Below the pieces are notes generated by a model, which did no database searches, was not told the DNA's origin, and saw only the letters and a list, made by a program, of their open reading frames with translations. 53,814 nucleotides of DNA from Oscillospiraceae bacterium (GTDB taxonomy: Bacteria > Bacillota > Clostridia > Oscillospirales > UBA929): the NCBI GenBank assembly GCA_031550755.1, contig JAVBOJ010000010.1, forward strand, positions 1 to 53,814. The letters are read 5' to 3'. A program made the translations under genes and the position numbers. Shown here in pieces: positions 1 through 7,873 of this stretch (positions within the stretch are counted from its first letter, which is position 1; each line of letters starts with the position of its first letter).

Positions 1-1
1 T

Positions 2-697
2 CAATATTCATATTGCATAAACAATGCATTGAAGTACGTTGATCCAAGTGGTCTCTCCGAAAAATTACGTCAGTATGTTGAAGGCAACAACGGAAGTGTA
101 GTATATGTTGGCATTAACAAAGATAAAAACAAAGATTTATACGACAAATATAAGGCAAGTAGCATTATATATGTTACAACAGCAAATGCTGCATCCTACA
201 ATTTAAAGCAAATGGCGGCCGCTCTACAATACTTACAGGAAAACAATCTGCTTGACTATGACGCTCTTGCGGCGAAAGCGGAGGCGGCAACTGAGCGTTT
301 TCATAATTCGGGCAATAAGTTGAAAGTCTCCGAGTCGGCTATGAAACACAATGGCGAACTTAAAGCGGCGATTGCCGATTACGCCCGGACGCGCCCCATA
401 ATTGAGGAATATAAATCGAAGAAATATAGCAATAAATATCTGGCAGAGCATGAGGCAGACATAACCGTTTACAGGGCGGCGCAGGCTACCATGCGGGAGC
501 TGCTAAACGGCGAAAAACTCCCGAAGATGGATACCCTCAAAGCCAAATGGCAGACGCTTTCGGCGGCGAAAAAATCCGGCTATCGGGATTATCGCGCTGC
601 GCAGGAGGATATGCGCGAGATAGTGGCGGTCAAGGCAAATATAGACCACCTGCTCGGCCTCACAGACCGAGACAGGAACAAGGAACAGACGCGGTAG
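2..697 (+). pseudogene. Chimeric ORF open at the window edge: RHS/YD core C-terminal junction motif followed by the C-terminal fragment of a MobA/VirD2-type relaxase
   Basis: The frame of ORF 29..697 stays open back to nt 2 and reads QYSYCINNALKYVDPSGL, which is the end-of-RHS-core motif. From ~nt 200 the product (NLKQMAAALQYLQENNLLDYDALAAKAEAATERF...GEKLPKMDTLKAKW...KANIDHLLGL) resembles the tail of Firmicute mobilisation relaxases. No N-terminal nuclease domain is present. Composition shifts near nt 215. Confidence 0.5.
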
Positions 698-731
698 CGA
701 TGGGACGCAAACAAGGCCTACAGGCCGCTGC

Positions 732-756
732 ACTTCGGGCCGAACCGGCCCGAAGT
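732..756. repeat. Perfect 11-bp-stem hairpin ACTTCGGGCCG-AAC-CGGCCCGAAGT, left flank of the blaI-blaR1 cassette
   Basis: Read directly from the sequence. It is related to the hairpin at 2981-3007 (shared CGGGCCGAnnCGGCCCG core). No T-tract follows. Confidence 0.6.
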
Positions 757-929
757 CCGTCGGGTTTGGGGCGAAGCTCCAACAAGCAATTTTTAAGTTT
801 TCCCGCGAGGGAAAATCTCGAAAATGTGCGAGTAGCTTGCCGCTTGTCCTGCTTGCAGGTTAGTGGAAACCTCGGAAACATCTTTTTTGTGGCGTTCATA
901 GGTTGTTTACAATTCTTCTTTAAAACTAC

Positions 930-958
930 TTGACAATACAGTTCTATCGTAGTAGAAT
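930..958 (+). promoter_or_regulatory. Sigma-A type promoter of blaI-blaR1
   Basis: TTGACA (930-935), 17-bp spacer, TAGAAT (953-958), about 50 bp upstream of blaI. Confidence 0.6.
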
Positions 959-976
959 GACAACGTAGGTTCTACT
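951..976. promoter_or_regulatory. Candidate BlaI operator (inverted repeat overlapping the -10)
   Basis: AGTAGAA (951-957) and TTCTACT (970-976) form a perfect 7-bp inverted repeat with a 12-bp spacer. BlaI/MecI repressors are known to autoregulate through dyads at their own promoter. Confidence 0.35.
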
Positions 977-1012
977 GCATTAGAATTTTGCCGGTAAAAG
1001 GAGCGCATGAAC

Positions 1013-1363
1013 ATGAAACTATTTGATTCGGAACTAAAGGTCATGGACATATTATGGCGAGAGGGTGATACAACCGCAAAAAGGATTTCGGAAATCTTGA
1101 GCGAGCAGATAAACTGGAGCAAGACCACAACCTATACTATTATCAAACGATGCCTTGAGAAAGGGGCGATAGTGCGGCTTGAGCCGAATTGGATCTGTCG
1201 TCCGCTTATAACAATCGAACAGGCGCGGGAGTATGAGACAACAGAACTTATTAACAAGATGTATGACGGCGCGGCAGATCATCTTGTAGCTTCCGTACTG
1301 GGAAGAGGAAACTTATCTCATGAAGAAATAGATAAGTTGAAACAGATTGTCAGCGAACTGTAA
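1013..1363 (+). CDS. blaI: BlaI/MecI/CopY family transcriptional repressor
   Basis: Product MKLFDSELKVMDILWREGDTTAKRISEIL...WSKTTTYTIIKRCLEKGAI is a typical winged-helix penicillinase-repressor N-terminus. The AAAGGAG RBS sits 9 nt before ATG 1013; the upstream ATG at 1007 is too close to the RBS. Confidence 0.85.
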   Translation: MKLFDSELKVMDILWREGDTTAKRISEILSEQINWSKTTTYTIIKRCLEKGAIVRLEPNWICRPLITIEQAREYETTELINKMYDGAADHLVASVLGRGNLSHEEIDKLKQIVSEL

Positions 1364-1376
1364 CGAGGTGGGGTGT

Positions 1377-2891
1377 ATGAGTGTATTCCAAATGAGCGTT
1401 TCGGCGTCTGTTCTCATTTTGGCAATAGTGATAATCCGTGCGCTTGCCATTCATAAGCTGCCCAAGAAAACATTTTTAGTGCTTTGGGGTGTGGTGCTGC
1501 TCCGGCTGTTGATTCCGTTCTCCTTTCCGCGACCATTTTCCACAAATACAGTCGTTGACAAGGCGGCAGAATGGTTTGCGGTGTCAGTGAACACACAGAC
1601 AATAATTCCCAATAACAACGTATTGCCAAGTGCAAATGCCTTAAACCCTATTGTATACCCAACATCGCCGGATGTCGGTACGCAAATATCTCCCATATTG
1701 GTTGTGTGGGTTATTGGAATGGTTGTTTGTGCCCTGTTCTTCCTTGTGACACATTTACGTTGCCGCAGGGAATATAAAGCGGCGCTGCCCATTGAAAACG
1801 ATTATGTCGCTGATTGGTTGCAACAGCACAAAATTAAACGATCTGTGCAGATAAGGCAGTCAGACAGAATAAGCGCCCCTATAACCTACGGGCTATGGAA
1901 GCCTGTTATCCTGTTCCCCAAGACAGCCGACTGGCAGGACACTACCCAGTTATTTTATGTACTCACACATGAACTAACGCATATCAAACGGTTGGACATT
2001 CTTTCAAAGTGTTTGCTTGCCGCCGCCTTGTGCGTCCACTGGTTTAACCCCTTGGTGTGGGTCATGTATGTGCTGGCAAACCGTGATATTGAATTGTCCT
2101 GCGATGAAAATGTTGTGCGAGCTTTCGGAGAAAGAACAAAATCCTCTTACGCTCTCACACTCATAGGATTAGAGGAAAGGAAAAGCGGTTTTTCCCTCCT
2201 ATATAATCATTTCGCTAAAAATGCGATAGAAGAAAGGATCAATGCGATTATGAAACTCAGGAAAACTACTCTATTTGGTACAGTATTGGCGCTTGTATTA
2301 GTGGCAGGTTTAATTGTAGGAACTATGGCGGTATCCGCGGCCGCGCAGGCTACTCCCGATGAGGTTACTTCCGGACAAAATACTCCCCGTAATGATGAAA
2401 TGCAGCAGCAAACTCCTAACGAATCCTCGAAACCAAATGATGCGGAGGACTTATCTGCAAAGGTTAATGTGAATGGCGCTTATTCTTGGCCGGTGCCTGA
2501 TTACTATACTATTACAACAGCATTTGGAACGCATATGCATCCTATTGAGAAAATACTCGTTTCACATGATGGCATTGACATACCCGCTCCAAGCGAGACT
2601 CCCATTTTAGCGGCTAACGCGGGCACTATTATTGAAATGAGTGAAACTGATACATATGGGTATTTTATTTGGCTTGACCACGGTGCCGAACAGCAGACCT
2701 TTTATGGACACCTGTATGGATACGCGGAGGGGCTTGCCGTCGGGGATGTGGTAAAAACAGGTGATGTAATCGGGTATGTTGGAAGCACAGGGGAAGCAAC
2801 AGGGCCGCATTTACATTTTGGCTTGAGTGTCAATGGAGAGTATATAAATCCGATTGATTATTTGGCCACAAATGACACAAATAACAACTAA
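1377..2891 (+). CDS. BlaR1-type M56 membrane metalloprotease sensor fused to a C-terminal M23 (LytM) peptidase domain
   Basis: It has the HELTH zinc motif (LTHELTHIKRLD) in a multi-TM N-terminal half and a Ser/Pro/Gln linker. The C-terminus carries HDGIDIPAP and GPHLHFGLSVNG, the M23 HxxxD and HxH motifs. A GAGGTGGGG RBS precedes the start, which overlaps the blaI end. Confidence 0.85.
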   Translation: MSVFQMSVSASVLILAIVIIRALAIHKLPKKTFLVLWGVVLLRLLIPFSFPRPFSTNTVVDKAAEWFAVSVNTQTIIPNNNVLPSANALNPIVYPTSPDVGTQISPILVVWVIGMVVCALFFLVTHLRCRREYKAALPIENDYVADWLQQHKIKRSVQIRQSDRISAPITYGLWKPVILFPKTADWQDTTQLFYVLTHELTHIKRLDILSKCLLAAALCVHWFNPLVWVMYVLANRDIELSCDENVVRAFGERTKSSYALTLIGLEERKSGFSLLYNHFAKNAIEERINAIMKLRKTTLFGTVLALVLVAGLIVGTMAVSAAAQATPDEVTSGQNTPRNDEMQQQTPNESSKPNDAEDLSAKVNVNGAYSWPVPDYYTITTAFGTHMHPIEKILVSHDGIDIPAPSETPILAANAGTIIEMSETDTYGYFIWLDHGAEQQTFYGHLYGYAEGLAVGDVVKTGDVIGYVGSTGEATGPHLHFGLSVNGEYINPIDYLATNDTNNN

Positions 2892-2980
2892 AGTTCGGTC
2901 TTGTCGATTGGAAAGAAAGTAACGTAACGAAATTCCGCTGTCAGCGATTGCTCTGGTGAGCGGTGGGATGTATCTTTAGC

Positions 2981-3007
2981 CACTCCGGGCCGATTCGGCC
3001 CGGAGTG
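2981..3007. repeat. Perfect 12-bp-stem hairpin CACTCCGGGCCG-ATT-CGGCCCGGAGTG, right flank of the blaI-blaR1 cassette
   Basis: Read directly from the sequence. It shares its core with the hairpin at 732-756. Confidence 0.6.
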
Positions 3008-3068
3008 GCACAACAATAGAAAAAGTAGTTTATCGAAAAATCCGATCTTAGAAGGGAGGGCGGATTCT

Positions 3069-3260
3069 ATGGCCGAAAACTGGATATTGGTAGTAGGATA
3101 CGACCGCCCTCATTTTGAAATAGCACGCAGAGATTGGCTGAAGTACAATGTGTATCTTCATTCCGTGGAATCAGCCGCCGAAGCTATCTCACGGTTTTAT
3201 TATCGGAAGTATCTGGCGGTCATTGCTTCATACAATGTTTTGGCAAGTGTTTCAGAATAA
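3069..3260 (+). CDS. Hypothetical small protein (63 aa)
   Basis: An ORF with a good RBS (GAAGGGAGGG, 7 nt spacing). I do not recognise a family. Confidence 0.3.
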   Translation: MAENWILVVGYDRPHFEIARRDWLKYNVYLHSVESAAEAISRFYYRKYLAVIASYNVLASVSE

Positions 3261-3281
3261 CCTGCATATCAGAGCGAATCG

Positions 3282-3314
3282 CCGCGACCCGTAACCGGGC
3301 TGCGGTTTTTCTTT
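3282..3314 (+). terminator. Probable intrinsic terminator
   Basis: An imperfect GC stem (CCGCGACCCG / CCGGGCTGCGG) is followed by TTTTTCTTTT. Confidence 0.4.
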
Positions 3315-3401
3315 TACCGTCCTTATATCCCCGCTGCCGCTCCCCGCCATCCCCATTTGATTTTTCAAGCTCAACCAAAAAATCGAATGGAGGAAAACAG
3401 T

Positions 3402-3845
3402 ATGGCAACAATCAATTTGCGGGACTTTTACCCGTGGTATACGCATGACGAGTTTGTGGATGTGCCGGACGTTATCGCCGCCGAGCTTATGACCGACAGG
3501 CGGTACAACAAAACGCAGGAGCGCATGGCGCATCGCAATAAAGTACATTCTATCGACGCGTAGGATGGTACAGTAGAAGCGGCAAGCATCCATTGCTCCG
3601 ACAGCCCGGAGGCGATTTGGGAAATGAAAGAGCGGTATTGTCGCTTGTGCCGTGCGCTAAACTCCCTGCCCGAGATACAGGGTCGCAGAGTTGAAGCGTA
3701 TTACATACTTGGCAAGAGCCGGAAAGAAATCGCCAACGCCGAGGGCGTAAGCGAAAGCGCAGTGAACGCCGCCATTGAAAAGAGACTTCTGGCAATGAAA
3801 AAATATTTGAAAAATGGCACCGGAGGGGGTTGTCAAATGCCTTAA
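3402..3845 (+). pseudogene. Mobile-element sigma-70 family factor (region 4 HTH) interrupted by a single in-frame TAG
   Basis: MATINLRDFYPWYTHDEFVDVPDVIAAEL...HSIDA is followed by TAG (3561-3563). The same frame then continues DGTVEAASIHCSDSPEAIWEMKERYCRLCRALNSLPEIQGRRVEAYYILGKSRKEIANAEGVSESAV. A GGAGGA RBS precedes ATG 3402. Confidence 0.7.
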
Positions 3846-4137
3846 TTCTGTCCTGATATGTGAATTGGCTGAAATGGATCTTTCCGAGATTGAGGCTGTA
3901 CGCAATACAGCCAAACATGAGCTTGACGGATGCAAATATCGCAGTGAGGAAATGCAGGTCAGGTATGGTGAAGTCATATCATGGACTGAACTTTACGACG
4001 CAGCAGACCTCGTGGCAAAGAAGATGATTGTCGCTAATCTCATTAACCGGGTCGAAGTCGGGACGGATTACCAAATCCATATCGACTTCAACATTGACCT
4101 TGAACACTTCAATGATCAACTTGAGTGTTGCTCTTGA
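3814..4137 (+). pseudogene. C-terminal remnant (~95 aa) of a large serine recombinase
   Basis: The tail ...YGEVISWTELYDAADLVAKKMIVANLINRVEVGTDYQIHIDFNIDLEHF matches the conserved C-terminal end of TnpX/TndX-like large serine recombinases. The catalytic N-terminal domain is absent. Confidence 0.6.
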
Positions 4138-4141
4138 GGGT

Positions 4142-4176
4142 AAAAACAAACCGCCGAAACCTTACGGCCTCGGCGG
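4142..4176. terminator. Bidirectional hairpin terminator between the recombinase remnant and tRNA-Ala
   Basis: CCGCCGA (4151-4157) pairs with TCGGCGG (4170-4176). The A-run on the plus strand reads as TTTGTTTTT on the minus strand, downstream of the tRNA. Confidence 0.6.
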
Positions 4177-4201
4177 GTATCTATGAGTGTTTTCCCTTAA
4201 A

Positions 4202-4277
<76 letters not shown>

Positions 4278-4331
4278 AGATGTGGAAAAACACTGATATT
4301 CTGTTGTTGATGTTATCGTAGACGTTTAACT

Positions 4332-4358
4332 CGCTCTCCCAGCTGAGCTATACCCCCA
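4332..4358 (-). repeat. Duplicated 5' segment (nt 1-26 plus 1 flanking nt) of the tRNA-Ala gene
   Basis: Region 4332-4358 is identical to 4252-4278 (CGCTCTCCCAGCTGAGCTATACCCCCA). The two copies are separated by a 53-bp AT-rich filler. Confidence 0.9.
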
Positions 4359-4406
4359 TATTCGATTCCGGCGCGCGGGACAACCCGCAACGCGGCGACG
4401 AAAAGA

Positions 4407-4435
4407 ATTGTACCACAGGCAAGCCGGTCTGTCAA
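4407..4435 (-). promoter_or_regulatory. Consensus promoter upstream of the tRNA-Ala fragment
   Basis: On the minus strand, TTGACA (4435..4430), a 17-bp spacer and TACAAT (4412..4407). Confidence 0.65.
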
Positions 4436-4547
4436 TACAAAAAATTATCATGCCGGCAATTCTCCTGGGGGGTACAATTCGCGCGGCTTTCGTGATATAA
4501 TCACTCGGCGACATCGCTACCCACTACTAACCGTCCCGAGGTGTTGT

Positions 4548-6791
4548 ATGGCCAAGAAAGAAAAAGCTCCGCCGACGCAAAAGCAAAACCCCGATATTAT
4601 CGGCCTGCACGCCGAGGTGGTGCGGCAGAAGATTCCCGAAACGCTGGAAAAAAACTTCATGCCCTACGCCATGAGCGTCATCGTCTCGCGCGCCATTCCG
4701 GAGATTGACGGCTTCAAGCCGTCCCACCGGAAGCTTTTGTACACCATGTACAAAATGGGACTGCTGACCGGGGCGCGCACCAAGTCGGCCAATGTCGTCG
4801 GCCAGACCATGCGGCTCAACCCCCACGGAGAGCAGGCCATTTACGAAACCATGGTGCGGCTGACGCGCGGCCATGAGGCGCTGCTGACGCCGCTGGTGGA
4901 CTCCAAGGGCAATTTTGGCAAGTCCTATTCGCGCGACATGGCCTATGCCGCGTCGCGTTATACCGAGGTCAAGCTAGACGCACTGTGCGCAGAACTTTTC
5001 CGCGACATCGACCGCGACACGGTGGATTTTATAGACAACTATGACAACACCACAAAGGAGCCCTGCCTGCTGCCGACCACCTACCCCAACGTGCTGGTGT
5101 CGGCCAATTTGGGCATTGCCGTGGCCATGGCGTCGCAAATTTGCGGCTTCAATCTGGCCGAGGTCTGTCGCACAACGGCTGCCTGGCTTAAAAACCCGGC
5201 GCATGACCTGTTGTCCACCCTGCCGGCACCCGATTTTTCCACCGGCGGCGAGCTGATTTACGACCCCGACGCCATGCGGGAGATTTACCGCACGGGGCGC
5301 GGGTCGTTCCGTCTGCGCGCGCGGTGGCGGTATATGAAGGAGGAAAACCTCATCGAGGTGTTCGAAATCCCATATACCACAACGGTCGAGGCCATCATGG
5401 ACAAGGTGGCCGAGGGCATCAAAAACGGTAAAATCAAAGAAGTATCCGACATGCGCGACGAAACCGGGCTATCCGGGCTCAAGCTGGCCATCGACCTAAA
5501 GCGCGGGGTCGATCCCGAAAAGCTCATGCAAAAGCTCATGAAGGCCACCCCGCTGATGGACACTTTTTCCTGCAATTTCAATGTTCTCATCGCCGGTACG
5601 CCGCATGTGCTGGGCGTCGGCGAGATTTTGGAGGAGTGGAGCGCCTGGCGCACCGAATGCGTCAAGCGCCGGCTGTATTTTGATCTCTCGCGGCTCAGGG
5701 AAAAGCTGCATCTGCTGCTCGGTCTGCGCAAAATCCTGCTGGACATCGACCGCGCCATTGCCATCATCCGCGAGACAGAGGAGGAGGCCGAGGTGCTGCC
5801 CAATCTGATGATTGGGTTCGGCATCGACGAAAAACAGGCGGAATTTATCGCGGAAATTCGCTTGCGCAACATCAACAAGGAATATATTTTAAAAAGGGTG
5901 GCCGAAACCGACGACCTCACCCGCGAGATCGCCAATCTGGAAGCGACCCTGTCCTCCAAGGACAAAATCCGGGCGCTCATCATCGCCGATCTGGAGGCGG
6001 TGGAGAAAAAATACGGTGCGCCGCGCAAAACGGCGCTGGTATACGAGCATGAGGTCACCCATTACAACCCGGAGGAACACATCGAGGACTATCCGGTGCA
6101 TGTATTTGTCTCGCGCGAGGGATACTTAAAGAAGATCACGCCGCAGTCGCTGCGCATGTCGGGCGAGCACAAATACAAGGAAAACGACGGCCCCAAGCAT
6201 GTTTTCGAGGCACAAAACCGCGAGGAGATTTTGGTCTTTACCAACCGGCAGCAAGCGTATAAGGCGCGGCTTTGCGACTTTGACGATGCGCGCGCGTCGG
6301 TTCTCGGCGACTTTTTGCCGGCCAAGCTGGACTTTGACGAGGGCGAAAGCGTCGTATTTGTCTGTCCGGCGGGCGACTTTTCGGGGCATATTTTGTTTTT
6401 CTTTGAAAACGGCAAGGTGGCGCGGGTCACGCTGTCGGCCTATGACACCAAGTCCAACCGCCGCCGTCTCACCGGCGCTTACAGCGATAAGAGTCCGCTG
6501 GCCGACGCGCGGGTGATTTCCGCCGATGAGGAGCTCCTGCTGCGCTCGACCGACGGGCGCGCGCTGATTTTGTACACCGCGGCGCTGACGCCCAAGACCA
6601 CCCGCAACACCCAGGGCGTCGCCGTGATGACCTGCAAAAAGCAGCACAAGCTCTGCGCCGTGGGGACGGCGACCGGCCTGACCAATCCCGCCCGGTTCCG
6701 GGTGCGCAGTCTCCCCGCCGCCGGTGCGCTGCTACGCCCGGAGGACGTGGGGGAAGAGCAAATGCAGTTAACAGTGAACAGTGAGCAGTGA
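4548..6791 (+). CDS. Type IIA DNA topoisomerase subunit A (GyrA/ParC family, ParC-like short form)
   Basis: It contains PYAMSVIVSRAIPEIDGFKPSHRKLLY, NPHGEQAIYETMVRL and the catalytic-Tyr context AYAASRYTEVKL. An extended -10 (TGATATAAT) lies upstream. Confidence 0.85.
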   Translation: MAKKEKAPPTQKQNPDIIGLHAEVVRQKIPETLEKNFMPYAMSVIVSRAIPEIDGFKPSHRKLLYTMYKMGLLTGARTKSANVVGQTMRLNPHGEQAIYETMVRLTRGHEALLTPLVDSKGNFGKSYSRDMAYAASRYTEVKLDALCAELFRDIDRDTVDFIDNYDNTTKEPCLLPTTYPNVLVSANLGIAVAMASQICGFNLAEVCRTTAAWLKNPAHDLLSTLPAPDFSTGGELIYDPDAMREIYRTGRGSFRLRARWRYMKEENLIEVFEIPYTTTVEAIMDKVAEGIKNGKIKEVSDMRDETGLSGLKLAIDLKRGVDPEKLMQKLMKATPLMDTFSCNFNVLIAGTPHVLGVGEILEEWSAWRTECVKRRLYFDLSRLREKLHLLLGLRKILLDIDRAIAIIRETEEEAEVLPNLMIGFGIDEKQAEFIAEIRLRNINKEYILKRVAETDDLTREIANLEATLSSKDKIRALIIADLEAVEKKYGAPRKTALVYEHEVTHYNPEEHIEDYPVHVFVSREGYLKKITPQSLRMSGEHKYKENDGPKHVFEAQNREEILVFTNRQQAYKARLCDFDDARASVLGDFLPAKLDFDEGESVVFVCPAGDFSGHILFFFENGKVARVTLSAYDTKSNRRRLTGAYSDKSPLADARVISADEELLLRSTDGRALILYTAALTPKTTRNTQGVAVMTCKKQHKLCAVGTATGLTNPARFRVRSLPAAGALLRPEDVGEEQMQLTVNSEQ

Positions 6792-6795
6792 ACAG
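6768..6795. repeat. Heptanucleotide tandem array TTAACAG TGAACAG TGAGCAG TGAACAG
   Basis: Read directly from the sequence. The last 7 codons and the TGA stop (6789-6791) of the topoisomerase gene lie inside it. Confidence 0.85.
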
Positions 6796-6820
6796 TTTAT
6801 CATACTGCGCGTGATTGCAT

Positions 6821-6861
6821 CCCTATGAACTACTAACTGTTAACTGTTAACTATTCACTAT
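6821..6861. repeat. CCCTAT box plus heptad array TAACTGT TAACTGT TAACTAT TCACTAT (inverse orientation of 6768-6795)
   Basis: Read directly from the sequence. Confidence 0.85.
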
Positions 6862-6877
6862 CCTGGGGTGGTGTCCG

Positions 6878-7747
6878 ATGAAACGTTCTCTCTCCCAATA
6901 CGCGCTGGATTATCTCGTCATCACGCTGGGCTCGGCGCTGATGGCGGTGTCGGTCGTGTGTTTTTTGGATCCGCAAAACATTGTGCCGGGCGGCGTGACG
7001 GGCTTGGCCATGATGGTCAATCACCTCTACAGCGCCCTGCCTATTGGCATGACCATCCTGATTATCAACCTGCCGCTGTTTATTTTGAGCTGGCGGTTCG
7101 CCGGACGCCGGTTTTTGCTGTACACCATTTACGGCACGGTGGTCTCCTCGGTATTCATCGACCTCGGCGCGCATATTTTGCCCATCATTCAGGTGGAGCC
7201 GTTGCTGGCAGCCATTTTCGGCGGACTGACGCTGGGCGCGGGGCTGGGGCTGGTCTTTACCCGGGGCGCCACCACCGGCGGCACCGATGTGGCCGCGCGG
7301 CTGCTCAAGCTGATTTTCCGCCATATGCAGATGGGGCGGCTGATGCTTTGCGTGGACGCCGTGATCATCGCGCTGGCCGGGCTGGTGTTCGGCAAGGTCG
7401 AAAACGTGATGTACGCCGTCATCTGTCTCTATGTCGGCACCCAGATCATGGACGCCATTCTCTACGGGCTCAACACCGCCAAGGTGGCGTATATCATCTC
7501 CGACCACCCCGAGCGGGTGGTGGGTGCCATTTCCGAGCATCTGGACCGGGGTGCCACCCTGCTGCAGGGCGAGGGCGGCTATACCGGCAACCCCAAAAAG
7601 GTCATCCTCTGCGCCGTCAAGCGGCAGCAGATCGCGCTGCTCAAAGAGGTGGTCAAGACCGCCGATCCGGCGGCGTTTCTCATCCTGTCGGAGGCGCACG
7701 AGGTGCTGGGCGAGGGGTTCCGGGAGTACGACAAGCACGCGCTATAA
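6878..7747 (+). CDS. yitT: YitT family membrane protein (C-terminal DUF2179)
   Basis: The N-terminus ...YALDYLVITLGSALMAVSVVCFLDPQNIVPGGVTGLAMM and the overall architecture are typical of YitT. Confidence 0.8.
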   Translation: MKRSLSQYALDYLVITLGSALMAVSVVCFLDPQNIVPGGVTGLAMMVNHLYSALPIGMTILIINLPLFILSWRFAGRRFLLYTIYGTVVSSVFIDLGAHILPIIQVEPLLAAIFGGLTLGAGLGLVFTRGATTGGTDVAARLLKLIFRHMQMGRLMLCVDAVIIALAGLVFGKVENVMYAVICLYVGTQIMDAILYGLNTAKVAYIISDHPERVVGAISEHLDRGATLLQGEGGYTGNPKKVILCAVKRQQIALLKEVVKTADPAAFLILSEAHEVLGEGFREYDKHAL

Positions 7748-7795
7748 ACTTCCTTTGAAAGCCTGATGGCTTCCAAAGGATTTGGAACAAAGATA

Positions 7796-7826
7796 TTTTT
7801 TGGCCGGAGTGAATCCGGCCAAAAAA
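7796..7826. terminator. Bidirectional intrinsic terminator
   Basis: TTTTTT-GGCCGGA-gtgaa-TCCGGCC-AAAAAA. Confidence 0.8.
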
Positions 7827-7873
7827 TAAACAATTGCGGGGGTTGGAGTACGCAGTACGAAGGAGGCTACATA

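Noticed and set aside
215-222. NotI sites (GCGGCCGC) at 215-222, 2337-2344 and 37702-37709 as a hint of an engineered junction.
   Set aside because: The third site is inside an ordinary GC hairpin terminator. The other two lie in frame within coding sequence, encoding Ala-Ala-Ala runs. No vector-like sequence is nearby, so coincidence is the simpler explanation.
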